Assembly: GCF_009914755.1 (NCBI RefSeq)
Contig: NC_060937.1
DNA: 64,000 nucleotides
Strand: one strand, 5' to 3'
From: the human T2T-CHM13v2.0 reference genome, Homo sapiens
Shown: positions 1 to 17,521 of the stretch, piece after piece
How positions within the stretch are numbered: the first letter of the stretch is position 1
Layout: every line of letters starts with the position of its first letter
Notes under the pieces: model-generated
Told to the model about the DNA's origin: nothing
The model's database searches: none
Seen by the model: only the letters and a program-made list of their open reading frames with translations
Translations under genes and position numbers: made by a program

Positions 1-747
1 ATCTCCCCTGGAAATTTGAAAGAAAAGGCTCAGGCTCCCTTCCCGAGGTGGCTTAAGTGCTGGATGGAGAGAGAAAAGGTCAAATGACTGAAGGTTCTTC
101 ACATCTATGACTCCATGGTATCATTCGAAGATACCAACTATTCCAATAGAAAAGAAAATAATTTAAAGATCCTCAGCCAGACCACACACTCAGCTGGGAT
201 TTGCTACCATCACTCAGACCAATGAGATGGGCTTCAAAAGCATCACTGGTCAGAAAAGAGACCAGTATGACTTGTACCCAATCAGCCTGCACACAGGAGA
301 GCCCCAATCACATGCCAAAGGCTTCCAGACATAAATCAGTCATTCTTTCTAACTACCTAGCTGCTAAGTCTCCAAAGGGAACTTCACCTGATACAAATAA
401 TCATCTAGTCAGAATTCCTGTTCTTCAGAAATGATCCTAGTTTGTAAGTTTTAGGGAAATGAAAAATAATGCATAACACTTCTATTTAATAATTTCATCC
501 GGCTTTCTTCATATTTATCATCTTGCTTGTCTTCACAATCCCCACTCCATGCCACCCCTAGAAAGTGGCATGATGACATTAGAGGAAGAGGGACTAAGAT
601 CCTGACAACCTATGTGCTTTCCCCAGTGGTAATGTCAGAGCTATCTCAGAGCTCACCAGCCCTGGGGTCCTTCCACAGGGGCACATGACCAACATGTGAG
701 GGTGGTCACGTGCACTTCTACACACATGACCATCTACATTTCGGCTA

Positions 748-1077
<330 letters not shown>

Positions 1078-2515
1078 TTAGTTAATGCTTTTCACCAGAA
1101 AGTCGGCTGCAAGACCAAGCATGCCGCTCTGCAATCTTTTAGAACCTGTAGCTCTCATGGGAGCTGTTTGGGGCCGGCTCATTTCACTAGCACACCTGAG
1201 ATGTAGAGCCCATGGTCCTTGTTCATCTTCCATGGCTAGAGCATTTATAAATGTGTATTGGTCATGAAGGGGCCAGGGAAAACATGACATGAACAGATGA
1301 ACATAAAAAAACTGTCGGCCCTAAAGCAAGCACAGCTCAAAGGAAGCTGGCAGGTCACCTCTTCTTTCAGAAACATGTGAAAGATGGCATGTTGCTGTTA
1401 CTGTGCCCACTTGAATCCTTGTGGCAAAAAGTATCATTTTCTAACAAACTAGAGATGGAAAACAATAGTTTGACTATGATAAAAAGCAAATCAATAATGC
1501 TGAATAGGACATTAAATTATTTAAGGAAAAAAAAAGCTTCCACATAGAGGGGCTCACATTCTGCTTTGTGGATATCTAGTTATGCATGGAAAAAAAAAAA
1601 CATTTAAAGAGAGCTGGATATTTCATCAGGAAACCCATGGATGTTTTCACACCCAACATAAAGTTAAGTCACTTTCCTGTAACTAACCAAAGTTCAGAGT
1701 TCCTTCTTTCTTTGCCACTCACACCCTTTCTCTGCCTTTCTAGTGATTGTATTACCTTTCTCTTCCTTGAACATCCTTGTCATTCTTGCATCTAGAGTGT
1801 GTTCCTATATGCATTAAATATAAATTTATGAAACAGATAAATTTGGGGGTTATTATTTCTCTTACAAAAGGATCTTAGCTTATAAAATATTCACTTGGAG
1901 TATTTCAAATGGTACACTTCTTTAGAACCTCTCTACTCAAGATCTGGCTCATGGAACAGTAGCCTCCGCATTACAAGGAAGCTTAACAATGTAGATTCTT
2001 GGACCCCACCGTAAGATCTACAGAATAAAAATCTTCATTTATGCAAGATCACAACGTGGTTTATATGAACATTAAGGTCGAGCAACACTTATCTAGACTA
2101 TTATAAGATGCAAATAAAATTTTGTAAAAACCTCATTTATGTATATTTCTAAGAGTACCTCTCTGGCCAACTGAAAGACACCACTATAAACATATAGTAA
2201 AAACACAAATAGAATAAAATCCCTAACTTCTTGAGTTCCCAACTCCATACTTAACATCAAGAACTACAAACTTCTAAATGCTGAGTTAAAATAAAAAGTT
2301 AACTTGTTCTAGTAATGATGATAAACAAAACATTAATTCTATTGTACTGAGGAATGTCAAAGTTAAAATGCAAAGCCATCCCATTTGCCTCTTAAAACAC
2401 ATGCAAAACAGCAGGCCAGTACATTTCTGGTTTTCTTTTTTGAGTTGCTTTGTTTGGGGGTAATAGGAAATACTTTTGGAAAATAGCTACATTTCACTGT
2501 TCATCTGCAATTTAC

Positions 2516-2626
2516 CTCCATTTGGTATCGATAGCACTACATGTCTATCAGCTGTGGCATCTACAGGTTGGCCACTCTGGGTCTCAGAGGCTTCTGTGGC
2601 ATGATAAGGCAGGGGTGGTGTGTCAA
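2516..2626 (-). CDS. SMAD9: SMAD9 111-nt linker cassette exon (exon 4)
   Basis: Translates (V)DTPPLPYHATEASETQSGQPVDATADRHVVLSIPNG. Acceptor ctttcttttAG at 2628-2627, donor GAG|GTAAAT. 111 nt, phase 1-1, so skipping keeps the frame; matches the known long and short SMAD9 isoforms. Confidence 0.93.
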
Positions 2627-3684
2627 CTAAAAGAAAGCAGTAGAACAAAGGAATTGTCAAATCGATAAACCACACAAAGACAGTTGGATCCGACATCTTT
2701 TGCCATTAAACTCCTGAGCTTGGTGGACAGTGCTACTCCTACAGAGAGACCATATTAATGTAACAAGGCTCTTCTGAAGTGACACTGTGAGTACCCTACA
2801 GAAGAAACTGGTTGTTCTGAGAGCCTCAGTAAAGGGTCAATTCATTTTCCCTCCGACTTTTGAGTTATCATTGAGTTCTAATGACTTCAGGGCAAGACTT
2901 TCAAATGCAGAACCTGTTCTCCTAGCTTTTCTCATAGCAGAATAGTCTGTGATCTGGCTTGCAAAACACAGAGAAAGCTAAACCTTCTTTGAAGTGAGCT
3001 TAATTTTCAGCTTCTATGTTGTCACAAATTGTACAATGGCCACGGGGACGCTCTATCCCTGAGATACTTCAAGATACCTGAAACGTAATTATAACCTTGT
3101 ACCCAAGGCACGCTGAGAAGGGCCCTTCTACCCAAATGACAGTCCTGTGACTGGACAGTGATCATGGTTAGGCAAATGGGATGCATTCCGTGGATAATAA
3201 TTCATAACACAGTAAAAACTCATGAGGCACAGGAAAAACTCTTTATGGAGGACCTCAGCACAAAACAACCAATTCCTTCAGTATGCATGTCTAATGTTAG
3301 TTCAGAATGGTCTTGTTAACATGCGTGGTGGAATACAACAGCGTAAAAGGTTGGATCAATCTGCCTTTGTTGTATCGAATTGTCCACACAAGTAGTTCTC
3401 ACACTTAAGTGTACACAAAAATTGCCAGTGGAGCTTGCTAAAAATGCAGATTCCTGGCCCCATCCTTAGCAATTCCGATTCAATAGGTCAGTGGTTGAAT
3501 GTAGCCATGTACATTTTAACATGCCCCAATGGCAATTCTAATGCAGGGTTCGTGGACCATACTAGGAAACCATGGGTAAGGTATTTCCTTGTGAGAAAAT
3601 GGACTATGACTCCTATGACTTTGGTGAAAAAGTTATAAGGCAAGATGACCTTTTTGTAGGTCTTTGACTAAATATGTCTATTTA

Positions 3685-3997
<313 letters not shown>

Positions 3998-4482
3998 GGG
4001 GGACTGAAAATAGAATTACCATATAATGTAGCACTTCCACTCCTAGGTATATACCCAAAGGAATTGAAAGCAGGGTGTTATTTACTAGAGCCAAAAGGTG
4101 GGAACAATCCAAATATCCAACAGCTAATGAATTGATTTTTTAAAATGTGGTATAGCCATACAATGAGATATCGTTCAGTCACAAAGATGAACTACCGATA
4201 TATGCCACAACACAAACTGTGAAAATACTTGGCTAAGTGAAATAAAACATACACAAAGGGGCAAATATTGCATGAATCTAGTATATGAGGTACTTGCAAT
4301 AGGCAAATTCAGAGAGACAGAAAGTAGATAGAGCTTACCAGGGGCTGGCAAAGTAGGGAAATACGGAGCTATTGTTAAATCAGTACGGAGTTTCCGTTTG
4401 GGGTGATGAAAAAATTTTTGAAAATAGATATGGTGATGGTTGCACAACATTATGAATGCACCTAATGCCATCAGATTGTACT

Positions 4483-4764
4483 TTTTTTTTTTTTTAATAG
4501 TCCTCACCAGGCTAGAGTGCAGTGGCACAATCTCAGCTCACTGCAGCCTCCGACTCCTGGATTCAAGCGATTCTCGTGCCTCAGTCTCCGGAGTAGCTGA
4601 ATTACAGACATGCACCACCACGCCCAGCTAACTTTTGTATTTTTAGTAGAGACAGGGTTTCACCATGTTGGCCAGGCTGGTCTCAAACTGCTGACCTCAA
4701 GTGATCCGCCTGCCTAAGCCTCCCAAAGTGCTGGGATTACAGGCGGGAGCCACTGCACCCGGCT
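4483..4764 (-). mobile_element. Alu (AluS-like)
   Basis: Poly-T followed by reverse Alu; TSD agattgtact/agactgtact. Confidence 0.95.
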
Positions 4765-4793
4765 AGACTGTACTCTTAAAAATGGTTAAAATG

Positions 4794-5084
<291 letters not shown>

Positions 5085-5856
5085 ATGGTTAAACAAATTT
5101 TGTGTTAGATATATTTCACCACTACTTGAAAAAAATTAACATATGAGAAACCACTGAATTGTACATTTGAAATGGGTGGTTGTATGGTATGTGAATTATA
5201 CCTCAATAGAGCTTTTTAAAAAATTTAGAGGCTGAACCAGTAAATCGCAAAGGTTCCTTTTACTCTTGTTTATCTACAGGTCTGTTACTCAGGTTGGCAT
5301 TTTGCTGTTAATCATTCAGACAAGAATTATTTTCTTTGAAGTGAAAAGGGCTATGCCTTCTGTGAGAAACTAACCAGCTTCTGCATCACTGTTGGTGTCT
5401 GTCCTGCTTGGGTGGGAAGAGTAAAAAGAACATCAACCTGTCAGAGTAACCAGGGCAGGAATTCAAAGTCAGCACAGGAAGTCTTTGTAGCATAGAGGTG
5501 TGTTAGGTAAATATATATTTTGCAACACTATTATCCTCCTGTTCCTTAACCAAGGTTCTGTCCTCAAATGACTTCTCTTTCTGTTGTATTTCTTCTTTCT
5601 CAGTGAACTCAGCCACTTGCAAAACTTCAACCATCTGCTCCTACACTGAGTTAATGACTCTCAAGCTACCCTCCAGCATCTCTGCCTTCACCCTACAGTA
5701 AGTCCTGTTGGACCTCCCTCCCCCAATTCACTGCCCTCTTTCCAACCCCATATCCCTGTTTTAGTTCAACTCCTTATAATCACTTGCCTGGACTGCTACA
5801 GGCTACCTGTATGTGATGGCTCTCAATAGCTACTGACTCCTGAAGGTCAGAGACCA

Positions 5857-6341
5857 CAGTAGTCCCCCCTTCTCCACCAGAGATACAGTCCGAGACCCCC
5901 AGTGGCTACCTGAAGTTGTGGCTAGTACAGAATACCACATATACTATGTTTTTTTTCCTATACATACCTGTGATAAAGTTTAATTTATAAATTAAACACA
6001 GTAAGAGATTAGGAACAGTAACTAATAATAAAGTAAAACAACTAGAACAATATGCCAGCATCACTACTCTTGCACTCTGTGGTCACTATTAAATCAGAGT
6101 GACCTCAACAGTAGATCTGATCACAGAGACAGCTACTAATTGACTCACAGGTGGATAGCATCTACAACGTGGATGCGCTGGGCAATGGAATGATTCAGAA
6201 CCTGGATAGGATGGCACGAAGTTTCATCCCCACATACAATTTAAAATTTATGAACTGTTTATTTCTGGAATTTTCCATCCAGTATTTTCAGGCTGCAACT
6301 GACCTCTGGTAGCTGAAACCTCAGATAAGGGGGGACAACTA
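5857..6341 (+). mobile_element. MER44-like TcMar-Tigger DNA transposon
   Basis: Terminal inverted repeats cagtagtcccccctt ... aaggggggacaact, with a MER44-type internal sequence. Confidence 0.75.
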
Positions 6342-6424
6342 CACCGTCTTAATCATCACTGCACCTCTAGCACTGGCCCAGTGCCAGACACTTAGCAGGT
6401 GCTCAGTCATCACTTACTGAGTCA

Positions 6425-6812
<388 letters not shown>

Positions 6813-7896
6813 TTATTCAATAAGCAACTGATGAGCAACCACTGCATTTCAGGCTCTGTGCTAGACATAGAAAAAAGAAGGCTCGCTGTTCAATGGGGAA
6901 AATAGACACACAGGAATTATATAATATAGTGCAACAAATATAATAGATGCTTATGTAACTTGCTGAGGAGCAAAAGGAACTAAGTAACTGAGAGGTGAAG
7001 AGGCAATTCCCTCTTTATCTTCCCACATCGTAGGGACAATTTTTATTAACATTTTAATTCCCCTTTCAGCAATCCTAAGGCAATGCTTGCATATAGTAAG
7101 AGTTTAATAAATATCCATTAAATAAATGATTATAGGAATAAATGAATGAGGCAGATTGTAACATCTGGCACCAAATGTATTTATGCATGCCTTTAGGAAC
7201 TTGTCAGCTCCGCACAGTATTTATCTCACACTCACAAAGTGCATATGTATCTTTTATTCATTATCTCAACTTAGATCCACTTTACAGGTATGGTAGCAAG
7301 AGCAATTATGACAGCATGCTAGAGGCTCCCTTTCCCTTCCATATGCTTTCTCAATTCAGCAAACTGAAGAGCTCTATATTTAAGATGCTGTCCTGGCTTC
7401 ACATGGCAGAAAGGGATAATGCACTGGCTGGAGCTGGGGCTTCACTTTCTGCCTCACTCAAAGGATGCAGGCATATGTTTTAGGCAAGGGCTTCCTTTGA
7501 TTGTTGAAAGAGGCAACCAAGGTAAAGGCCTAGCATTGATCTTCCATGTTGCTTGTCCTCAGGCCAAGTCTTCTGCTTGGATTACAGAAGTCTTTTCATC
7601 TTATTTCTACTGCCTTAAAAAAAAAAATCCTTGGAAATTCCCAGGGATACTATTCAAATCCATTTAGTTTCTGAGAGCTTCCAGAGCATTAGAACTAAAA
7701 CTAGAGGAAAAACATGTTCTATCTCCAGGGTAACTGCTTCAAAATAGGTATAGTCCTAATCATTTTAAGGCTGATTGCTTTGTAAACTGTTTATACTATA
7801 TGAATGACAGTTACAATGACTGTCATTGTGACTGTTCATCATAAATCATGATGTTGGGCTTATTTTCCCGTATTTCCCCACAGACCATAGTTCTTA

Positions 7897-8184
<288 letters not shown>

Positions 8185-8823
8185 TTAGAATTGAACATTG
8201 CTCATCAGTACACAACAGAGTGGATACTTGCTGTTCTTATCTATTTTTTGTTTATGATAGAGCTGTTTTTCCCCTTGGGAACTACTCCCATTAGTCTTTG
8301 TGCTCATCATAAAACTGTCGATTAAGTCCCCATCTCCACCTAAGAAGCAAGCATGTGAGTAAGCTAAGGTAACAGTCTTCTCCTTGTAACCGGAATCTTA
8401 AGCAGAATGTCATAATTCACAAAAGCATTTGGAGAAGGATCTTTCTAGTGTCAGCACTCTAAAGAGACCTGCTCTTTATTCCTACCTTGGAAATGACCAG
8501 AGCTGTCCTAATACCTGGCCTTCTGGCAACCTGATTGTTACGTCTTTCTTTAATTCTGCCAAATAAGTCTTTTTTTCCCCCAAGGCAAAATCAGTTTCTC
8601 TTGCTTGCAATGAAACCCTAAGTGATCCCCAGAATATTTTTCCTTCAGAGATCATGTTGAATTATTTAGATGACCAGACTCAATTTCAGGTTCAGTAGTG
8701 CCACTGAAATAAAAACATTCTATGTGTCCTTAATGGAAAGATTTCAAGGTGAGTAATTAAAAGTTATTAAGTAAAACACAAACGGTGAATAATAATAAAA
8801 GTGACTAAGTAAAAGATGAGCAG

Positions 8824-9120
<297 letters not shown>

Positions 9121-9819
9121 AAGCAGCAATAACAAAACATAAATGATGTTTGTTCATTTACTATGCTTTTCTGGGTTTCATTTTTTAAAAAGAATGTTAC
9201 TGTTCTTGATTCTGATTATACACAAAATTTCAGAATAAATTCAAATTCTTAAGGGCAAGCTTTGCCCAGGCCCTCACGTCCTACCGACTCCTAGAAGGTT
9301 ACAATGCCTGGCATAAAGTAGCTACTCCAAAACTGTTGTTGAAGAGCCATCTGTGACCAACATAAGTTCCAGACAGGGAAGCAAAGAAAATACAAGGGGG
9401 AAGTGGTCTAAGAAATAACAAAGGAAAACCTCAAAGAGCTACAAAGGACCTACGTCTTCATGTTGAAAAGAGCCACAGAGTGTGCAGAGCTCAATTAATG
9501 AAGAAAAGATCCAGACCTAGTCTTTCCATCTTGAATTTCAAACACTGCGGGATAACTGGAATATTCCAAAAGCTCCTAGAGGATCACCGCAAAGTCACCT
9601 ACAAAGAAATGAGAATCAACCGACCTCAACTTCCCACTCTAACCCTGGCTACTAGAAGTCAACAGACCAATGCCCTTCTGAGGACAAATAATTCTTACCC
9701 CCGAATTCCACAATGGAAACCACTGGAATAACCAAAAACAAATACAAACTATGAACTAAAATATAGATATCAAGGATGAGAAGAGGAGGAAGGAAGAAGA
9801 TGAAAACATAAGTGAGTGA

Positions 9820-10158
9820 GGCTGGGCATGGTGGCTCACACCTGTAATCCCAGCACTTTGGAAGGCCAAGGCAGGTGGATCACGAGGTCAGGAGATCGAG
9901 ACCATCCTGGCTAACACAGTGAAACCCCGTCTCTACTAAAAATACAAAAAATTAGCCGGGCGTGGTTGCGGGTGCCTGTAGTCCCAGCTACTTGGGGGGG
10001 CTGAGGTAGGAGAATGGCGTGAACCCAGGAGGCGGAGCTTGCAGTGAGCCAAGATCGCACCACTGCACTCCAGCCTGGGCAGAGCAAGACTCCGTCCCAA
10101 AAAAAAAAAAAAAAAAAAAATACATATATATATATGTATATGTATGTATGTATGTATG
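9820..10158 (+). mobile_element. AluY with a (TA)n/(TATG)n tail microsatellite
   Basis: AluY diagnostics (gagatcgagaccatcctggctaac, gaatggcgtgaaccc, gagcttgcag); TSD gtgagtga. Confidence 0.93.
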
Positions 10159-12322
10159 TGAGTGAAATCCTCATCTTTTATGGTAGAGAGTCAATGACAT
10201 TATCTAAAAGGTGATAAATTTGGAAATAGATATGTAAGCATATTATATATTATCTAGAGTTACTGTCATAATTCTTAGTAATAATAGAGAGAAATATGAA
10301 AGAACTAAGCAAGAATTATTTAGAAGAGTTTGTCTCTGGGTATAAATAGGACAGATCTTGGTTCTAATCACACCACTGATTTGTCAACCACAGGCAAGTA
10401 TTAATAAAAACTCATAAAAAGTAAATGTTCTAAAACTGCTCTAAAAAATAAAGTCTTAAAAAAAGGTAAATGTTTTGGAATAAACAGACAATTACAATAA
10501 CAATGACATTAACCCCAAAGTCTGCCATCTGCCTTTGACACCATACATCTATCTCTTTCTTAACAAACAATAATTTTCAGTTATATGGACAGAAAATAAA
10601 CTAAGAAGGGTAAATAAAAGGTTTTAAACTAAAACTGCTACAGGTGAGGGTGGCAGAGAAACAAATAATTTCTTCCCCTTTTCTAAGCTATTGTATACGT
10701 ATGCTGCCCTATGACACCAGAGAACAAACATTCAACATCACCATCAAACAGTGACATGGATCATAAACCATTAAATTCCCCTTAATGTATTCATATTCCA
10801 CAACTATGCAGGAAAAAAAAAGATTATGTGCCTCATGAATAGTCTGAAGTGAGGAGTTGACACAGCGAATGTGTATGGCTTCTTTGTCAATGACCCTTCA
10901 TCAAAATGTTAACGATGTTCAAGTAAACACTCACTTCTTTATGAAGAAGAATTTGAATCATCTCTGTGACTTCAGTTTTAATGTAAAATATCTACGGTAT
11001 ATTCCTAACACTGATAAAAATATAATGCCTCCTATCCATCTGAATGTAGAGACTTCTATTTCTTCATGGCCTGTAGATCTGAGGCACCAAGAGAAAAGAA
11101 AGGATACATTTCCCTTTATCATAACAACTATCTTGATAATATATTTTTACCATCTGGGTAAAATCAAAGCCAGTGGATGTTTGCAAAGAAAACTGATAGT
11201 TTCATCCTAGTTGTTATTTGACCTGACTGGCTCCGTTGCCTTAAATGTGCACTGATCATATTTTTAAATACTTTCACTCACAACACAGCTATCCCTAATT
11301 ACTTAATTCCACTTCCACATCTCAACTGCTGCTTGTAAATATGACAGTGCGCTTACAGACACTCATGCCTATCTTATGCCACTTTTAAACACCATGCTAT
11401 CTTTACATCTCAGTGTCACACAGGGGGAGACAGCGGAAGGAGTTACAGGGCACATGGGCATGCAAAGCAGAGCTGGAAAAAAAACACTTCTGTCTTTTTA
11501 AAAAAAGTCATGTGGTTTTGATATAATATGAATATTTTATATAAAAAAGAAATTACACTCCTGAAATAACCTCCAGCCAAATGGAGTAAAATCATCATGT
11601 ACCACAACAACAGTCTTGCATGGCTTCCACCAGAACTGTGCCAGGTAAAGTGTGTCTGAGGACTGGGGACCCTTCACCAACTGTTGGGTACGAGTCTGTG
11701 AAGAAATTAGTACTTAGAAACTTTTCACAGCAATTTGACAGAGTTTCTAGTTTACACTTGTTTAAATAATTTTTAAAATTGGGCTTATATTTTCTAAGTC
11801 TTTTTAAAATTTCATTTGCCTAGTAATTTGTCTGTACTATAAAAGTGTTCGTTTGAAGGACTGGAAATTAAAAAAATAAAAACTGATCCCTCACCACACA
11901 TAACTTGGAAAGCACTGAAGTCAATTATTGAAGTGGATGTGTGAATGAAAAGAAAATGGGAATGCAGCCTTCAATGTATCTAAAATGGATGGCTAAAAAA
12001 TGAGATTTCAAAGGCAAAACTTAAGCTTTATGATAAATAGGAACTCAGCAAACTTGTTTAACATTAACATTTTTATTATTCCTAAAATATTTACTTTAAA
12101 TATGGATAGCTAACTAGATATAAAATCTACTTTTTCTATTAAAAAAACACAAGTAAGAAAAACCTCTGTAACTTAAATATTACCTTAAATTAATATAATC
12201 GTTACCCATCTTTCCTTCTGGAAATTCACACCTAAATTATGATAAAATGAAATATATTTACCATATGTAAAACACTCACACTATCATTCCTAAAAGAATC
12301 TTACAGAACATGAAAAACTAAA

Positions 12323-12695
<373 letters not shown>

Positions 12696-13470
12696 TTACA
12701 AGTTGTTAAATTTTACAACTACATTATTCAGGAAGACAGAAATGATTTATTAATGAACATTTTTCCATTTGGATATATTTTGGATGCTTAATGTAATTCA
12801 AATCTTTGAAACACAAAATGGAATCCAGTCATTTTTGTTATAAGCTTAGACATTATTGACTTTTTTTTTTAAGTAAGCGAAAAGAGTCAAAATGAACCAG
12901 GGAAGAAGGGTGGAAAGCAACTCGCTCCAGGATTTAGGGGAAACGCATCAGATTTGCCAAGCATATGGAACCTTCTAATACCTTCTCAGCCAGGGCCTCA
13001 GTCCCTGAATGGGCTGTGGGAGGCATCCACACACAGGTAGATGTTAAGTTCTGGGAGCTTGAAGGATCACTTAGCTAAGACTGAGGTAGGCTGGGCATAA
13101 ATCACTTATTGGATACTGTTTTAAGGTTAAGTGAACCTGCCTACGTAGACAGGACCATCTCTTCACTGGACATGGGCAATTTCCCTGAGCTAATGTGCCA
13201 GCGCTTTGGTTTCCTGGGATGAGGCAGATGGCCAAAGAGAGAAAGCTCTCCTAAAACTGTGTTCTTGTGTGAAATGCCACAGAAACACTCAATCTAAGAG
13301 AATCACAGTGAAACCCTGTTATAGCCAGTGTGAAGGAACAAAGACAAACACCAGGCTTCTCCAAGAGGAGGAGGAAATATATACATATTTCTTACACACA
13401 TATATATAATATACATACACACACACACACACACAGGGGTGTGAAGGGTTTTAGAAAGATACTTTCCTAT

Positions 13471-13808
13471 ACAATCATGCACTGTGTAATCATGTTTTGC
13501 TTGAGGGACCAATATAAGACAGTGGTCCCCCAAGATTATGATACTGTACTTTTGCTGTACCTCTTCTATGTTTAGATCTGTTCATATACATTCAATACCA
13601 TTGTGGTTAGGATTGCCTACAGTATTTAGTACAGTAGCATGCTGTGCAGGTTAGTAGCCTAGGAGCAATAGGCTACACCATATAGCCTAACGGTGTAGCA
13701 GGCTCATGGTTTGTGTAAGTACACTCCAGGGTGTTCACACAAGGAAGAAATTACTTACTGATGCATTTCTCAGAATGTATTTCCATCATTAAGTGATACC
13801 TGTCTGTA
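13471..13808 (+). mobile_element. Tigger3/MER7-like DNA transposon
   Basis: Characteristic gcctaggagcaataggctacaccatatagcc and tgcatttctcagaatgtat motifs; degenerate TIRs. Confidence 0.7.
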
Positions 13809-14484
13809 CTTAAAACCATTTTTAAAAATAACTGCCTGGAATGATTTCCAGCAACTCTTTCATTGGCTGTTTTCAGACCTAGACATGAGATATCTTCTAC
13901 TTACCTGAACTTGAACAAAGTAGCAGCCAAAAACCCTGCCTTAGTTCAGTTTAGTACAGTTCAGTTCAGTTGTTTGGGGCGGGGGGAGGAGGATGTTTAA
14001 TTTTTACAGCTCATCATTATCAAGGCCATTTTAAAACCTTTCAGGACCCCAAGAACTGGTAAAAGATTATGTTGACTTGTCCCAGATACCTCAAAATAAA
14101 ACTTTTATGGCAGTTTTCTCCGATTAGCCATCTGCCTCATTTTCAAAATCACACAAAGCTTACCAGCATAATGAAATCAAATGAAAATATCTTCTTTCTA
14201 GATTTTCCTGACTAGTTTATCTTCATTCCTTCACACTGGCTATAACAGGGTTTTACTGCGATTCTCTTTGGATTGAGTGTTCCTGTGGCATTCCAGGCAG
14301 GAATATCGTTTTCATGGGAACTTTCTTTGATTGGACAGCTGCCTCATTCCGGGAAACAAAATTTTGGACGAGTCCCTCAAAACTGAACCTCCCTCTCCTC
14401 TCTCTCTTCTCTCTCTCTCTTTTGGGAGAGGTCCCTGTCTGCTGGTGCCCCATCATTCTCCATCAATGGGGCACACGACCTTCA

Positions 14485-15120
<636 letters not shown>

Positions 15121-15206
15121 CTGGAAAACACGACAAGACTTCAATTAGCTTAATCGGAGTAACATTCAGAAAAAGTTGAAGTTGGATAGAAAGAGGCAAT
15201 CTACAC

Positions 15207-15296
15207 CTACAGTCCCAGCTACTCAAGTGGGTGAATGGCTCGAGCCCAGGAGGTCAAGGCTGCGCCACTGCACTCCAGCCTGAGCAACAGAACCAG
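15207..15296 (+). mobile_element. Alu fragment
   Basis: agtcccagctactc...ccactgcactccagcctg. Confidence 0.8.
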
Positions 15297-15809
15297 GCCC
15301 CAAAGTTGGATAGAAGGGAAAAAACATTCTTCAAATGTTTTAATTTTAAAACTGTTGTCTTTGACTCTGCCCTCTCCTGTATTTCCTATATCCAGGTCTC
15401 AGGTCATTCTGCCCTCAAAGTCTTTGGAGTTTGTCCTTTCTCTCCATTTCTGCCAACACCTGAGGTCTGACTCACCACACCACTTCTCTGAAGTAGCATC
15501 TCTCTTTCTCTCTTTCAATTCGAATTCACTTACTCCCAAACACAGCTCTTATCATTTTCCCATTTAAGAAATGACAGTGGCTCCTTGGTCTCCCAAGTGT
15601 AAACTCCTCTGCCTGGGTTTTTCCAGGGCCTCCATAATCTGCCCTCAACATGAGTATGTTCTTTCTTTCTCATTTTTAGTTTGCACAAGCAATCCATCTT
15701 CTTGTAGAAAATAAATACTAATGAAAAGAAAAGAAAAAAAGAATCGTGAATAATCTCACCACTCCTGGACAGCCATTCTTAACATAGTCTTCCAAACTAC
15801 TTTTCAGGA

Positions 15810-16262
15810 CAGTGGCTCTCAAAGTGTGCCCCAAGGATCCCTGGGAGTCCCCTGAGATCCTTTTAAGGGGACTATGAGGTTCTCTCTTTTCCAATTACTT
15901 ATTTGTGTGAACTAACTTCGCTTCACATACTTCAACCAAAACAACATAACACAATAGAGTATATGGAGAAAAGATGACAATCTAGGTGCCATTTATTAAG
16001 CCAAGTATTAAATAGATTTGCAGTAATATAAAACAATAATACTCTTCTCAATAACTTTTTTGAAAACAATGTTTTAAATAAAAATATTTTATGTTAATAC
16101 AGTTTTTTTAATGATTCAATCAATATTTTTTTAATTTCTTAGTTTCAATTTTTAAAATGGTAAAAATTGATAGATACAGCCTACAGAAGCAAGAGTTCTT
16201 TGGAGTTCTCAATAATTTTTAAAAGTGGAAATTTTCAAGACCCAAATGCATGAGAACTGCTT
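15810..16262 (+). mobile_element. hAT-Charlie family DNA transposon remnant
   Basis: Starts cagtggctctcaaagtgtg and ends tgagaactgc; Charlie-like internal sequence. Confidence 0.65.
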
Positions 16263-17472
16263 TTCTAGAAATTATACACTATCACACACCAATACATACA
16301 CAAAAAAGCACAGCTGTCACATTTGTTATTTGGCCTAAAATCAGCTTAATTCTTCTTTGCCCTGTCATCCACAGGAGATGTTCTTTCCCAGTTATTCAGC
16401 AGTCTCATTTAAATTTCCTGAGGTCGAACTGTATTTCCTCTTCTGTGAAATAGTTGGCTTAAACAAAACCTCCTCCTCCTTCCAGATTTTAGAAACCAGC
16501 TACCTCATTAATGTTTAAAGTGGCTGGCTGGTAACATTTTGGAGTAAGCTGACTCAAGTATTTTGGGATCTTGGAATCGATGTAGCTTATAATCTCCAAC
16601 AATTGTTTGTTTAATATGCATTAAATATAATTTTCTCCTTTGCTTCCCTGGAGGGCAAGCTGTACCTTTCTGAGTCCAATTCTATAAACTTCTTTCGAAC
16701 AAAGGTGCCTTATAACCCCCCGCTAGGGTGATCATTATCGGGCACCTCAGGTGAGGAGGATGGCAGCATGGTCCCACAATAACGGATGAGATTTAATAAG
16801 TATAAAGCAATAGTCACATCACTTTATTCCTCATCTGGGCTTTATCTGGCATTGTACAGAGATAAACTATGACAAAAGGGAGAGTTGAGAGCTCCATAGC
16901 TGCTCTTTTCGCTTGGCAGTTTGACTTACACTCAGTTTTATTTGGAAAGGTTGATTTTGTGGCTTAACAATCATGAATTTATAAAGTATAGTTAAGTCAT
17001 TGTGTTCAAGTTCTGTTTACTTAATCTAGTCAGGCTGCCTTAAAGCAATGGCTGAAGAGGGTTAGAAGCTTTAAGGAGAAGTCTCATGATAGAATAACCT
17101 GAACCCCAAAAGAGTTGTGAATTCTGCTTAGTTTTACATGGAACTCATTATTAGTAAGTTGTGGTATAGATCTTTAAGCTGAGGTCAGTCATAGAGAAAA
17201 GCTTTTTATAAAAACACTCAGCGAGTTAAACCAAATACACCTTTTAGAAACTTTTGCTCCATGAAACAACAGTTCCCTAAACCAGGTTTTGTTTGGTTCG
17301 TTTTTTTAAACTGTGGGTTTCTATTTACCAATGGCATGTGAAATCAATTCATTGGAACAAAACAGCTTTTGCACAAACAACAAAACAAAACAGACTTTAT
17401 TGCAGAGCAGCTGACGAAAAATAAGTATAATAATAATCATTTCATGAAAAATTTTCATTCACAGGTATGTGC

Positions 17473-17473
<1 letters not shown>

Positions 17474-17508
<35 letters not shown>

Positions 17509-17521
17509 TGCGGTGTATGTG
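17474..17521. repeat. (TG)n microsatellite
   Basis: Directly visible. Confidence 0.95.
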
